A DNA stretch of 63,798 nt, counting the filler, from Folioceros fuciformis (taxonomy: Eukaryota), in the NCBI GenBank assembly GCA_049999805.1. It is 7 parts of 7 records of this genome, joined end to end, with 100 filler letters (N's around TTAATTAATTAA, not from the genome) between each part and the next. Parts side by side here need not be neighbours in the genome. Positions count along the whole stretch, not along the records: positions 1 to 18,571 come from JBNGIO010001297.1; 6 more parts are not named here. One strand, written 5' to 3'. The first letter of the stretch is position 1, and every line of letters begins with the position of its first letter. The position numbers and the translations under genes are program-made. Below the pieces are notes generated by a model. It was not told the DNA's origin. It worked only from the letters and a program-made list of their open reading frames with translations, and did no database searches. This document shows, one piece after another, positions 1 to 13,600 of the stretch.

Positions 1-61
1 TGGCTCGCAGGAATGCGCTCGTGCGGGGGCTCATTTCGGGTCGTGCGGGCGTGGCTAAGAT

Positions 62-3000
62 GTGTATAGGAGAGGGGAATTAGGGGAGAGGCGGAGGTGT
101 GGTGGTGGTGGCAGGGGAGGCTGTGCGGCGGATTGCTCCACATGGAGGAGGACGGTGAGGAGGACGGCCGTGGCGTCGGTGCCGGCCCCCGGCGGCTCTG
201 ATAGCGCCTGGTTGAGGCGTTCGGCGTTCCTCGGCAGTGGATTGCTGGCGGGTGGGAGGATTTGCAACCAGCTTTTGGTGAGGGTGAGGTCTTGTTCATT
301 CTGACTGGCCGTGGCTTGGGGTTGGTGATGTGGAAGCAGGGTGGTTGGTTTATGGCTGCTGTTAGTTGCGGCTTTGCAGAGATCAAATGCTGTCGGTTTT
401 GCTCGTGCATCAGCTGGACCGAACGAACCCCATGCTGTCAACGTGAGGTGGCCGGAAGGAGCGGTGGATCAGGGACGGAAGGACGCCTTGGAGGTAACTG
501 GGGCACTTGATGTGGAGGCAGCGGACCTGTTGCAATCCAAGCTGCCCACTCATCCCAAGCTGCACCGAGGGCAGCTGAGCAATGGGATGCGATATGTTAT
601 TCTTGCCAATTCCATCCCCCCGAATAGGTGATGCTTCCACACCTCCGGTAGTATGGGTCAGCACAGGACGGCCGCGTTGCCTCGGTGCTTCCAACAAATG
701 GGCTGTCGTCTGACCAAGCTCGTGGTGATGTGTCAGATTTGAAGCTCATATTGAGATGCATGTGGGCTCTGTGGATGAGGAGGAACATGAGCAGGGTATA
801 GCCCACATGATTGAGCATGTGGCCTTTTTGGGAAGCAAGAAGAGAGAAAAGTTGCTGGGAACTGGTGCCCGGTCTAACGCCTACACAGATTTTCATCACA
901 CTGTTTTCCACGTTCATTCTCCCGTCACGGTTCAGGTAATGCGTTAGGGGATTTGGAGAAAGTCAACCAAGCTTGGCTCATCGATCAACAGATGATAACT
1001 GCATTCTCTCCCCTGTTGTGTGCAGGGAACAAGCGAGCCAATGCTGCCACTTGTTCTTGATGCTTTGCACGAGGTCCGTATGACTGCTCATATTTTGTGA
1101 TTAGCAACTTGCTTTAGCAATAAACTCAAAAAATATCAGGGAGCTCATTTTTTGGGTTATCTGGCAATATCCTGTAGATCGTATTCAGGCCCAAAGTTGT
1201 GAGCACCCGCGTTGAGAAAGAAAGAAGAGCTGTCCTTTCGGAGCTGCAAATGATGAATTCGATTGAATACAGGGTTGATTGTCAGGTACTTCTGGGATGA
1301 TTGTTCTACGGAATTGTGGCCTTAGCTACATGCTGGTACCAGTCTTCGAGCTTCAAGATTGTTCCTGACTTTCTGTTCTTGCTGTTGTTCAGTTGCTACA
1401 ACATCTGCACTCTGAAAATCTTCTAGGATACCGGTTTCCCATAGGTTTAGAGGAACAGATTCAAAAGTGGGATGTGGAGACTATTAAGGCCTTTCATGAC
1501 CGCTGGTACTTCCCAGCAAATGCCACTTTGTTCATTGTAGGAGATATTGGAAGCGTTGGTAGAGCGCTGCAAATGATTGAGGTAATTGCTTTGAATGGCC
1601 TCGCAGTCTGTTTTGCCCTTCTTTACAATATCATTGGTGCTTGCCTTTTCACTGCAAGTGACCATTTTGGTCGTGGTCTAGCTCCCTGACCTGAAGATCG
1701 TTTTAACGATCACACGTTTTGGGGCAGGCTAAGTTTGGTTCGACACCTGCAGGCTATTCTCACCCTGCAAATGCAGCAGGCCCTGTAGGTCATCTTCAGG
1801 CAGTCAGGCCTCCTCTATTTGGACAATCCTTCTTTGACGACCTCTCATCATCTGTAGAGGCTCCTCCAGTACCAGCTGTCCGGAAGGAACGACATGTCCT
1901 CAGACCGCCAGTCAAGCATCAGTGGTCTGTCCCGTCGCCTTCGGGCATGCTGAAAACGCCTCATGTGTTTCAGCATGAGCTCCTCCAAAACTTCTCACTC
2001 AGCATATTTTGCAAGGTACTTTGTGCACCATTCTGATTTTGCCTAAAGCCTGGGTCTCAGGGATAGCTCGAGCAGGGGTGCGTGATGCATCATTTTCTTT
2101 ATGCAGACTCCTGTCCAGCCAGTGATCCAGTTTCTCGATTTACGAGATGCCTTGATGCGAAGAATTGTTCTATCAGCTTTGCAATTTCGCATTAACGCTC
2201 GTTATAAGGTTAGACAGTTCTCTTCATTGCAGGGTCCAGCTGTTTTTCCTGAATGGTCTCCTAATCACGTTCAAAGATTCAACCTTCTTCTCACCATGTC
2301 GTGATTACAGAGTGCAAACCCTCCTTTCAACAGCATTGATATGGATCACAGTGACTCATCAAGAGAGGGCTGCACCGTGACGACTCTCAGCATAACTGCT
2401 GAGCCAAGGCACTGGAAAGGGGCTGTGAAAGTTGGTGTTCAGGAGGTCAGTGTTTGGATTGGTCTGGCAGATGTGCAGTCGGTCAGTGAACAGCAGAACT
2501 GACATTGCATGAAATTGGCAGGTTAAAAGGTTACGGAAATTTGGTGTAACTAGAGGAGAACTTACACGGTATTTGAATGCTCTGCTGAAGGACAGTGAGC
2601 ACCTCGCTGCAATGATAGACAATGTCCCATCCCTTGATAACCTGGACTTCATTATGGAGAGTGATGCCCTGGGACACACGGTTATGGATCAGCAGCAAGG
2701 ACATGAGACCTTAAAAGCAGTTGCAGAGACTGTCACTTTGGAGGATGTAAGTTGACTTCTTGAATGATTCTCCATGTTTCTTTGATGCTCCGAGTAGCAG
2801 TCTTATTGAAGACACGGTGTCACGGCTGATGAAAATGCCTCTTTTTTCAGGTAAATGCAATAGGTGCTCGAATGTTGTCATATGTGGCTGACTTTGGAAC
2901 TCCAATTGCACCAGTTCCTGCGGCCATTGTTGCTTGCGTTCCAAAAACTGTTCACTCAGACAATGCTGGTGATGTACCTTTTGAGATATCACCAGATGAC

Positions 3001-5910
3001 ATTTTGAATGCTATTCTTGAAGGGCTGAACGAGCCGTTGGTGCCCGAACCCGAGGTTAGTTCAAGCCACCTTTCTGTATGTTTGAACTTGCACTTGATTT
3101 GTCGTATTCATAACTGTTCTTAACTTTTTTGCATTTTCCTACCTACCCTGCAGGTACATGTCCCTAAGGAGCTTATTTCCCCGTTGCAGCTGGCTGCCCT
3201 GCGTCTGCAAAGGGCTCCAGCATTCGTACCTCTTGAGGGCAGGGGAGGACTTACTAGACATGCTGATAACGTTCTTGGAGTGGTTCAGCGCCGCCTTTCG
3301 AATGGCATTCGCATTAATTACAAGGTCTCCTACACGTAGTGGTCTATTTGATTGTCAAGGAAGATCCTTGTGGGATTGGTGGTGTTTCTCATCTCTCTTG
3401 AATGGTTCAAACACTGTTGAACATGAGCGCTCTTGTGGCATGCTCCAGTTAAGCAAACATGAAGCAAAAGGTGGAGTTATGCGACTGGTGGTAGCAGGAG
3501 GAAGGGCAAGAGAGCCCCTTGAGTACCCTGGAGCAGTAGCTGTCGGGGTGCGAACGTTAAGTGAAGGTGGGGCAGTGGGGGGATTTTCGAGGGAACAGGT
3601 GAGCTTGTTTGCAAATTGCAAGCGATCTCTGGAAGGTGGGTTTTGTTGGTCTCTTTGTGTTCCTTGACCTCTGTCCACTTAGGTGTTGATACTATTCTTT
3701 TGCAGGTAGAATTGTTCTGTGTCGGGAACCTGGTGAACTGTGTTCTAGAAGCTGATGAGGAGTTCCTTTGTATGGACTTTCATTTTACAATGCGTGACGG
3801 GGGTATGCGGGCAGCTTTTCAATTGCTGCACATGGTGTTGGAGGTGGTGGCGCACTCCCTCCTGCAGGGTGTTTCTGTCTTGCACATCCACTCTGTAGTT
3901 GGGCCCTTATCAATTGATACCCGCTAACTCTTTAATCAATTTGCTTGTGCAGCACACCGTTTTTCTTGAAGATGCTCTGGACAGGGCAAAACAGTTGTAT
4001 AGATCTCATTTCCGAGCGATCGCAAAAAGTCTAGAACGGGCAACTGCAAATCGGCTAATGCGAGCCATGCTGTTACCAGAGGAGACTCGCTTCACAGAGC
4101 CCTCTATTGAGGCACTTGAGAAGCTTACATTGCCTGTGGTGAAAGATGCTGTTTTAAGACAACTGGTACCTGGGAACATGGAGGTATGGCATGCTCTTCC
4201 CATGCTATCTCACTCTGAAATAGGACTTGTTTTGAATAAGACTGAAACGTTTACTATGTGCTGTTTGCAGGTTTCTATAGTCGGAGATTTTACAGAGAAA
4301 GAAGTGGAGTCATGCGTTTTGGATTATCTTGGCACTGTTGCAACTGAGCGTGACCCACAGGCAAGGCTAGATGCTGAAAGAATGGAAAGGCCTGTGCTAC
4401 TTAATTTGTACCCTGGTCCGGAGCTGCGCCATCAAAAGGCAAGCATCCCTATCCAATGGAATTGTTCCTGGCGATGGGTTTGCCTGCAAGTTTGTTTCAA
4501 GATGGATTTGCTGTTGCACAGATCTTCCTAAGAGATACGGACGAACGAGCATGTGCTTATGTCGCTGGCTCAGCTCCAAATGGATGGGGATTCACTGTCG
4601 ATGGTCGGGATCTCAACACCTTGATTGAACCTGTTCCAAGTACAATGACAGGTACATGAACTCTGGTGAATGAATATTTTGTGTAGCAAAAGATCAATCT
4701 TCGTGTTCGTCCTGCTAATATTCACCTCTTGGTGGACAGAGGAACAGGCGCGCGAGCTAGCAAGTGAAGGGGTAGAGGTTATCAGGGACAGTGCAGGCAC
4801 ACTGTGTTGGAAAAGGCAGCGGCACTTTCTCTACGCATCCATAGCATTGACGATATTGTCGGAGGTGATAAACGCCCGGTAGGTGTTGTACATGGTCGTT
4901 GTAAGAACAGCTTTCTGTGAACTCCCTGGAAACTTATCCTGCTTCCTTGATGTCAGGTTGTTCACAACGGTGCGAGATGCATTGGGTTTGACATACGATG
5001 TGTCGTTTGAGGTCAGCATGTTTGACCGGCTGCAAGCAGGCTGGTTTGTCATCTCAGTCACATCCACCCCGGCCAAAGTTAGTATAAATTGCTCTTGTGA
5101 TGCACGAGAGGTTGTGGAGGGTGCCTCAACTGCTTCCTACTTAACAGTGTGGTTGGTGTGTACCTAATAATGTGCAGATACACAAGGCCGTGGAAGCTTC
5201 TCTGAATGTCTTAAGAGGTGTCCATGGAAATCGAGTGAATCAGCGAGAGCTAGATCGCGTATGAACAGTTTTTCGTCATCTTCATTGTAAGGATTTGCCT
5301 CTCTAGGTTTTTCCCACTGTTTTAATGGGATTGTGATGTGCTCTATTGCAGGCGAAGCGAACACTAATGCTACGTCATGATCCTGAGGCTATGGATAATG
5401 CATGTTGGCTTGGTCTTCTGACTCACACACAATCCCCTCTCGTCAGTAGAAAGGTATTTCAGAGCTAGTGCTTGAAAGTTGACACATAATTGTTCTGGCT
5501 ACAAAGCTTTGTGACCTCCATCTCGCGCGTCAGATGTTGACCTCCAGCTGTTTATCTGACAGAGTGTAGAATGCGTCGGAGACATGTTTCACGTCATACA
5601 AACAATGACAGCTGATGACATTTACAATGCGTACAATCACCTCAGTATGGATGAGAACACATTGTGCTCGTGCATTGGAGTAGCTGGAAGTGTGGTTGGT
5701 AGCGGTGCGGAAGTCCTTGAAGTTGAGGACGATGTCGAGGGTATGTCCTGGTTCCTTGGTTTGCAACTCGTTCTGGCAAGAGCGTTGAAGTACGAACGGT
5801 CAGACGTTCCCTTCACTAACTTACTTGTTGGACACGCAGAGATGGGAGGATTACAAACGCCTCAAATGTCCGGTCGAGGCATGTCGACTGTCACTCGGCC
5901 AACCATGTGA
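62..5910 (+). CDS. SPP: Chloroplast stromal processing peptidase (M16 metallopeptidase), multi-exon; 5' end uncertain or outside window
   Basis: Exons give HPKLHRGQLSNGMRY, inverted zinc motif HMIEH (EQGIAHMIEHVAFLGSKKREKLLGTGARSNAYTDFHHTVF), WYFPANATLFIVGD, RLFTTVRDALGLTYDVSF and C-terminus GRGMSTVTRPTM* at 5910; about 20 short introns. Confidence 0.93.
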
Positions 5911-6973
5911 AACTGTACTTGTACCCGACCTCCCCACCAAAAATGATGGGAAAATTGGCAGTAAGTCGCATCTGTCTGAGCCTCGTCTGCGCACAGCAGC
6001 TCCTCCGCTCGCTCACCGATCCGTGTGCAAAACCACAGGTCGTCTTAGCCTTGGGCAGAATTTTCTGTACAGTCTAGTTGCTCTGTGACGTGTCAGAGGG
6101 TCGTCGATTCATTAATACCATCACCATTACCGGAGTGCCCAAGGGTTCGGTGTCCAAGCAGGCTGGGGGACCGAGGTCTTAGTTGGTCACCGTTTTGCAG
6201 ATGTCTGTAGATTATCTGAAGCAATCTGATTCTTCCTGGTAACCTTGCCTGGGTTTCTGCCTTGCAACCTGGTAAGATGTAAAGGAAACTCATTAAGGAA
6301 GGTATCCCTACTGGCCAGAGAATGGGCATATTTTCGTCTCTCCCAAATTGAGGGGAGGTGTGAATGATTTGTGTGCAATCCTGGTCGGCAGTGTCTAGTG
6401 GGACCTAGGGTCGTCCTCGCTGCTTAAGGCGGGCAAATTATCTGGACGAGAAAGCTGGTACGGAGGCGTTGAATTTTCCTGCCAAAATTCAGCTGGCAAA
6501 TGATCTCTATGGCTTCAACTCGGAGCTTGCGGCCCCTACATTCCACAGAATTCTGTCGTAGCTCTTCCGTAATCCGACAGTGTGTAAACCTGGGAAGATT
6601 CCTCCAAACATGCCATGGTTCTGCTTCTGGCGTTCCTCTGACCTGCAGAATTGTCTGTGTTGTGTCGCAGTTTGTCCGGATACGCCGAGCTGAATTTTTG
6701 AAGGAGGTCGCTCAAGTTCTTTGTGGTGTCATCCTTTGGGAGTTCCGTATTACTCCGTCTTGGCAAGTGGAGAAATTCGTTCAGTCTTACAAGTGCAGTG
6801 TTCCGGAATTCGGTGTCACGGACCAAACAAGCAAGTAGCGAAGGATTTTTGTCTAGGCGAAGGAGTTGTGGGATTTTCTTGCAGGCGGATGCGTTGGGCG
6901 TCGAGGTTGGGGAGGAGCTCTGAAATCCAGGCTGCTTCACGGGTGGCTGAATTAGGTCACTTGCGCCTTGGGC

Positions 6974-7960
6974 ATGGCCGAGAAGACACCTCCACTGGCC
7001 AGGACCACTTCATCTGCTCCCAGCTCCAGCACGGCAGGACACGAGAAACGGCGGAGATGTCGAAATTGGGAATCTCACGAGGTTTTGCTACTGGTCCGGG
7101 CCAAGAAAATGGAGTGTGAACATCTTGAGGAGAGTGGCAAGAAGTATGAGAGTTCCGCTGAGAAGTGGGGAAAGATAGTGGAGTGCCTCCAGTACCATGG
7201 GATTACGGACAGAGATGCGGAGGTGTGCCGGAGCAAATGGGATAATCTCTTAACGGATTACAAGAACATCAAGGATTACCAGTCTGAGAAGTCCTGCCAG
7301 AATACTTCGTACCAGAGTCTGAAGAGGGAGGAGAAGAAGTTGCACAAATTGCCTGCGTCTTTTGATCCTGGAATTCTGGCCTTGTTGGATAGCTTCCAGG
7401 GCAAGCGATTGAGCCACAACTTCCCATACATGCTCGATTCTTCGCGTCCGAAGGCGAGTGATGCTGCCGTCCCGAAGCTGCACTGTGTATTTCCTCAGAA
7501 GTTGACGGCTATCCGAAATCCGCGACAAGCGGACACAGCTGTGATGAGGACGACGGAGAGTGCTTTCCCGAGACCTGTGACACCTTCGTCACTTGGATCA
7601 GAGAGCCAGTACGACAACGTTGTCAGCACCGATGGTCTGGAAATGCACCCTATTCGCCAGCTGCACAGAGACGGAGAAGAGGAGCTGCAGAGAGACAGAG
7701 AAGAGGGCTTTGGTGGCAAGAAGAGGAAGACTGAGGCGTCCTCTTCTCAGCTTCTGTCCGATTCCGTCAAGGAGATGCAGGTTTCGTATGTTAATACGTT
7801 GTTATCGATGGAAGAGAAGAAGGATGACCGGCAGAACAAGGTGCTGGAGCTTGAGAGAGAGCGAATCAATATCGAGAGGGAAGATCGGAAAGAATTGATT
7901 GCGGTCTTGGGAGCCCTATCTGAAGCCTTCGACAAGATTGCCAACTCTATGACCTCGTAG
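6974..7960 (+). CDS. Trihelix (Myb/SANT-like DNA-binding domain) transcription factor, intronless
   Basis: W..HEVLLLVRAK...KWGKIVECL...RDAEVCRSKWDNLLTDYKNIKDY trihelix motif plus C-terminal coiled coil; first ATG at 6974. Confidence 0.85.
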   Translation: MAEKTPPLARTTSSAPSSSTAGHEKRRRCRNWESHEVLLLVRAKKMECEHLEESGKKYESSAEKWGKIVECLQYHGITDRDAEVCRSKWDNLLTDYKNIKDYQSEKSCQNTSYQSLKREEKKLHKLPASFDPGILALLDSFQGKRLSHNFPYMLDSSRPKASDAAVPKLHCVFPQKLTAIRNPRQADTAVMRTTESAFPRPVTPSSLGSESQYDNVVSTDGLEMHPIRQLHRDGEEELQRDREEGFGGKKRKTEASSSQLLSDSVKEMQVSYVNTLLSMEEKKDDRQNKVLELERERINIEREDRKELIAVLGALSEAFDKIANSMTS

Positions 7961-8628
7961 TTGATCTCTCACAAGTGAACCTAGGCTGCAACTTCAACTG
8001 CAAGGGTGCCGGCCAGTCGCTTAACAACTCAGTCCGTTTTGCAGCTGCTGGCCGAATGTGCAGATCTTCCAGGTCTGTGAGAACCAGACCCGCACCGACG
8101 CGATCGACCCGCACACACGGATCAACCCTGGACCCTACTTCAACAGTTATGGCAATTAGGTGGGATGTTTGTAGTTGCAATTGGAACGGCAGCTGTACAT
8201 CGTACGGACATGTGAGAAATGTAAATCTGAGTCCCTCGGCCCCCAGCTGTCGGCCAGTGTTGGGTTGTCACGAGAAATGAGCAGCACGGGCTTTTTGATG
8301 CATGAGAGACGTGATAATCTGCCTGCCTGATCATGCTGGAGGCGCTTTCATGTAGGCCACCGAAACGAAAGTATCCAAACGGAAGTGCTTAGTTTAGGCA
8401 GCTGCTGGAGAGTCGGAGATCCCTAAGACTATGAAGGACAGTGAAACGGGAAGAACACCTGCCGAGATGGCACACGCGGCAGTTGGTGCCTATCCATCGG
8501 GTGTCTCCATTCTCTGCACCTGCCCTCCTGGCGCCGCCGGGCTACGCCTTTTGAATCACCGGGTTTGTTGTGAGAGCCCAGCCCGCATCTCTGTCCCCTC
8601 CTCTTGTCTGTTTCTGCCCGGCGACAGC

Positions 8629-9711
8629 ATGGTGACTGTGGCGAGCCGGAACGCCAACACGAACGCGCTTCAGGAGCTGCTGCGCAAAGCGGGGGGCTGC
8701 GTTGTGATTGATGGCGGCCTCGCCACGCAGCTGGAGAGGCGAGGGGCCGACATCAGCGGCCCGCTCTGGAGCGCCATCTGCTTGCTCACGATGCCAGATA
8801 TCATCCGCCAGGTGCATGTGGACTACCTGGAGGCAGGGGCGGAGGTTTTGATCACCGCCTCGTACCAGGCCACGCTGCAGGGGTTCAAAGCTCGAGGGAT
8901 ATCGTCTGCAGAGGGGGAGGCGCTGATGAGGCGGAGTGTGGAACTGGCGGTTGAAGCTCGTCAGAGCTTTCTTTCGAGCGCAACTGGAGCCCGATCTTCT
9001 GCTTTTCACAGGCATCCTTTGGTGGCTGCTTCCGTCGGGAGCTATGGCGCCTACCTGGCTGACGGCTCCGAGTACAGTGGCAACTATGGACCTGCTGTTG
9101 CGGTGGACACGCTCAAGGACTTCCACCGCCGCAGATTGCAGGTGCTGGCGGAGGCACAGCCCGATTTGCTGGCTATCGAGACTATTCCTTCCAAGCTCGA
9201 AGCGCAGGCCTTGATCGAGCTGCTAGAGGAGGAGAGATTTGCCACGCCGGCCTGGATTTCTTTCAACTCCACCGACGGCGTGCGTGTTCCTGCTGGAGAT
9301 TTGTTCTCCGACTGCGCGGCATTGGCTGAGAAATGTGACAAAGTTGTCGCTATTGGAATCAATTGCACTCCTCCGAGATTCATCCACGGTCTCATCTCGG
9401 CAGCGAGACAGGTCACCTCGAAACCGATTGTGGTGTATCCTAACAGTGGTGAGACTTGGGATGCCAAGGCTAGGCAGTGGCTTCCCCATTCAGGTGTATC
9501 GGATTGTGGATTTGTTGCGTACGTGGATGAGTGGAGAAATGCGGGCGCTTCGCTCATCGGGGGATGCTGCCGCACTACACCAGAAACAATTCGAGCTATT
9601 TCTGAACGAATCAGCTTGCCACAAAGTGAGATTGAACTTCGCCAAACCGCTCAACTGTATGCTCCAGTCAGTGTCACGGAAGCAGACCAGGGGCAGGCTG
9701 TGAGAGTCTAG
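8629..9711 (+). CDS. HMT: Homocysteine S-methyltransferase, intronless
   Basis: VIDGGLATQLE, LWSA, HVDYLEAGAEVLITASYQAT, ASVGSYGAYLADGSEYSG, GINC, YPNSGE, IGGCCRTTP zinc-ligand motifs; likely start ATG 8629 (ORF open from 8431). Confidence 0.95.
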   Translation: MVTVASRNANTNALQELLRKAGGCVVIDGGLATQLERRGADISGPLWSAICLLTMPDIIRQVHVDYLEAGAEVLITASYQATLQGFKARGISSAEGEALMRRSVELAVEARQSFLSSATGARSSAFHRHPLVAASVGSYGAYLADGSEYSGNYGPAVAVDTLKDFHRRRLQVLAEAQPDLLAIETIPSKLEAQALIELLEEERFATPAWISFNSTDGVRVPAGDLFSDCAALAEKCDKVVAIGINCTPPRFIHGLISAARQVTSKPIVVYPNSGETWDAKARQWLPHSGVSDCGFVAYVDEWRNAGASLIGGCCRTTPETIRAISERISLPQSEIELRQTAQLYAPVSVTEADQGQAVRV

Positions 9712-10669
9712 TCTGATCACTGTGTCAGGCAGATCTTCCACCTGTGGTTGGTGGGCCTCAAACACACCATGAAGTATCTCACACGATCTCAGGAAAGTGA
9801 AGCTGTACCCACAGTTCCATGTTGTACCCCGCATCGAGCTGGGATGACGTACAACAATGCATCACGTGGTACTGGGCTTCATTTTCTTTGTTCTACCTGT
9901 ACTAGGATACAATATACATGAGCACCTATCAGACTCGGTTGTATGATCTGTGGGGTTGGAAAGCCAGCGTAGAGACTTTTTGACGAACTTCCTACCGTTC
10001 CACCGGGACTTGGATGGGAGGCGTAGAAGGAGTGGGTGTCCTTAATGCCAATACATGGTAAATTCCATGCAAGTGGACTGTAATAGAAGGTTTCTTCTAC
10101 TACTATTGCCGTGTTCCGTTTTACAAATATGTGAATTATCTGATCGATTTTCCTCCACGCTGTCTAGTATGTTAGGCCAGAAGATGAAACACCTTCTATT
10201 GCACCAACTCGGGTGACGAACTAACCGTGTGACCATCGCTGCCATCTCGAGCCTCCGCTCACAAGTCCGGGGCTATCAGACCAACACGAGTTAACCGCTA
10301 CGTGACCAATGGCAGCTTAGGGGATGGCGAGCTTCCCTTATTGCTCCACTATTCCTGACTAGATACCATCCTGATTAGATACCACTAGTACCGGGGTGTG
10401 TAGCTCAAAGATGTACAGTATCCTAGCCATAGGTGGAGAAACGTTTGCACCAGGACCTCGCGAGTGGACAACCGCGAGTTCAAGACTACTGTCATTTCTC
10501 CTCAAAATTGCACAATTCATGGTTTACACCAGTTCACCAAGGGCACAAGCTCTATAATCTACATACACTCCCACGCTGGGGAAACTAAACAATTACATTT
10601 GACTTTCTCTACCCGCCCAGTCAGCTTATTCCTTCCTCTCCAGAAGTGTCAGATATTCCATCCTTCCTA

Positions 10670-13600
10670 GAGGGTGTGCGCTATCGAAGCTCCATTTTCC
10701 GAGCCTACATCTTCCTACGCAATCAACAATCAACCTCCATATCCACGTCACGTGAGGTAGGGTCCATCCGATGGGCCTACGTACACTTCTCCATATCCAC
10801 ATCATTTAGATTAGGGTCCACCCGAGGAACCGGTTTCGAAAAGCCCAACTCGCAGGCCAGGGCAAGATGGTCACTCCCCCATTTCTGCAAAAGGGCAAAA
10901 GGCAGCAGCTCGTCAACCGATGAGTACACAGACAGATGGAGGACTGAAAACCATGCACCAAAGAGGAGAGCAAATGGATACCGCCGTGGGCAACCCTCTG
11001 CTGCGCTGCAAAACATGCATAGGCAAGGTATCAAGAACCCGCAACGCTTGTAGTCCGTCGGTATGCCTGCGAAAAGAGAGGAATCACATACCAAACTATT
11101 CATCATACCCTTCGTGTGTATACATCAGTGTCTACGAATATTTGGTAAGAAAAGAATAATACCAGATGTAGTCCACAGTTCCCACAAACATCTGATGAAA
11201 TGATGTCGCCACTGGTTCCCTGGTCGCATCCCGACTCCCTGTCCCTGCCTCGGCCTGGAGCAGATTGGACATGAAAATATGAGAACGAATGACCCTCGGA
11301 GGTCACCTGAATAATGTCTGGGGCATGTCCCTAAGGCTTACCTCAATTTGTGAATACGCACTACGCAGCCTTAGCTTGTGCCGGACTACGTGTGAATCTT
11401 CACTGCCAGTTGCAGTTTTCAACTCCTCTGGACTCCAGCCACGATGTTTGTCTGTGACCTTAACAGTCGTCTCCACGGAACTGACCGTTGGATTTGCATA
11501 GGCTTCATCCGGTCCCTTGTTCTCCACGGACGTAACACTGCTGACAATTTGCTGCTCAGAAATCACCTGCGGATTTCCCATTAATGTATCTCCCATCGTC
11601 ACATCTAAGGCCGAGTTGCTACTCTCTGCAAGATGGACTTGAGAAGTCTTCGTATTTCTGTAAAAAGTCAGCAACCACACCCTCTATAAACAAGAGGCAT
11701 CCGTGTACATGAGCACCGCACTGAAGCTGAATGTACCAGGTACTTACGGATTTCTCCACGTAAAATGTGAAGGTTCACTAGACCCTGAAGCTTCAACCTG
11801 CCCTGAAATGCGCCTTCTGTCTTGCTTTGAAAGATCAAGCTGCCAAAAATTCGAACACATATCACTACAAAGTGTGTTGCAGAACCAAAATATGAAAGAA
11901 ATGAAATAGGAAAAGTCCTGGGACTTTTCACGGTGAAAGCCAAGACGTTTGACTCACCTCAGAATTACAAACGAATTGATACAGAGGGCTCTGTACACAG
12001 GCGAAGTGAAAACTAAAGTTAGAAATTAAATTTCAAGATCTGCAAGTGTTAGATGATTTTGCCACACTCAGAATCGACACACATAGGGCTTCAAGAAGAA
12101 CCGGTACTCTACACATGACCACAGCGCCTTCACCAAGTGCAGATGCTGCTGGTGTCAATGCTGCTTACACTAGGAGTGCTATTGAAGTCTCCTCCAATAA
12201 CAACAGGTACCCCACCAAACTGTCTTGAAAGGGCCTCAGCTCTGTCTATCAATACACGGACCTGCAAATCAACCCAGCATCCTGATTCAGCAACAACCCC
12301 AGCTACCAGTACAAGTAAAACGAAATAGTTTAAAACAGATTCCCAGTACCTGGCCTAATTTAATATCCCCACGTTTTGGGTTGAAGAGAACATGAATATT
12401 GCCAACTAGGACACATTCTGCTTGTGCTTGAGCCTTCTGCCTGCAAGGTACAAGGAATACAGGAGACATACTTGAGTTCCAACACAACTGGAAGGAGTGG
12501 GACTTGGCTACTTGCTTATCGCACCACACAAATCCAAAAAAACCATATCACAATTTCAAGGAGGAAAACCGTACCCGGATCCAGAACTTTCCGGGGCATC
12601 ACCGGTGTCAACACTTCCCACTCCCCCCGTGCTCTGCACCTCTGCCTCAGGTTTTTTTACAGCCTACATAAAGGGGGAAACCGACATCGGTTCAGCTTGC
12701 ACAGCACATCAGAGCCACAAAACGACCAGACACAGGCAAGAATCAAATTCAAGAAGCAGCACACAAGCATGCGAGGCACCTCAAGAAGGCACAACTGTGC
12801 AACATTGTCCCGGAGATCAACGTCTCGAAACTCAATGCCCTCATAATGTTTCAACCGAAACCTGCAAAGAAATCCACGAGACTGTAAATGAATAACAAAA
12901 ACTCCTCCATGACTGACAAACGATGCCAACCGGCATACACACCTATTTTTCCTCCAGAAGATGGCACACCCATCAGTAGCCTTTCCTGTACGAGCCTGCA
13001 TCAGCAACAAAGACCACTGAGGTCCGTGGCGAGATGAAAAGGCTGCTGCAATTAGAATGAGTCAAATAATGCGATGCACACCTGGAAGACACCTTCATAT
13101 CCCTTCGCTTCCAATCCTTCCTGAAAGTCTACATACCTATCAACCTCCTGCGTCGAGAAACAACCTTACACTGAGTACATTCCAAACCCTGGTGAATCAC
13201 TTGCTAACTCCCACGAGAAGCTAATGAAAATTTTTGACGAACAACTCGAACCTGCAGACAGATGATGTCTGGAGACCAAAGCCCCAATTCCTGCACGAGT
13301 TTTCTCATGCGTCGGGGCCACTCCATAATGTAGTATGGAATATGATGGTACAGCTGGTGCCAATGCTCCGCTGCATTATCGGCCGACAGAATATTGTACG
13401 TAACCAGAGTAAATTTCTCTGGTTCAAATAGACAAAGAGAGCCATGTCATTCTCCTGAGGCACAGCAGCTCACCAATTCCGAACAGACCACACAACAACG
13501 TGCCAACCCTACTTCAGTGCGACACAAAACCGCGAGGACCGTAACAGTAGCTGTCAGCTCGCCGGCCACCATGAGTTAAGCATCAACACAATCAATCTCC

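Noticed and set aside
10255-10285. ACAAGTCCGGGGCTA resembling the RNase MRP/P CR-V motif
   Set aside because: No matching CR-I (GAAAGTCCCC) partner upstream.
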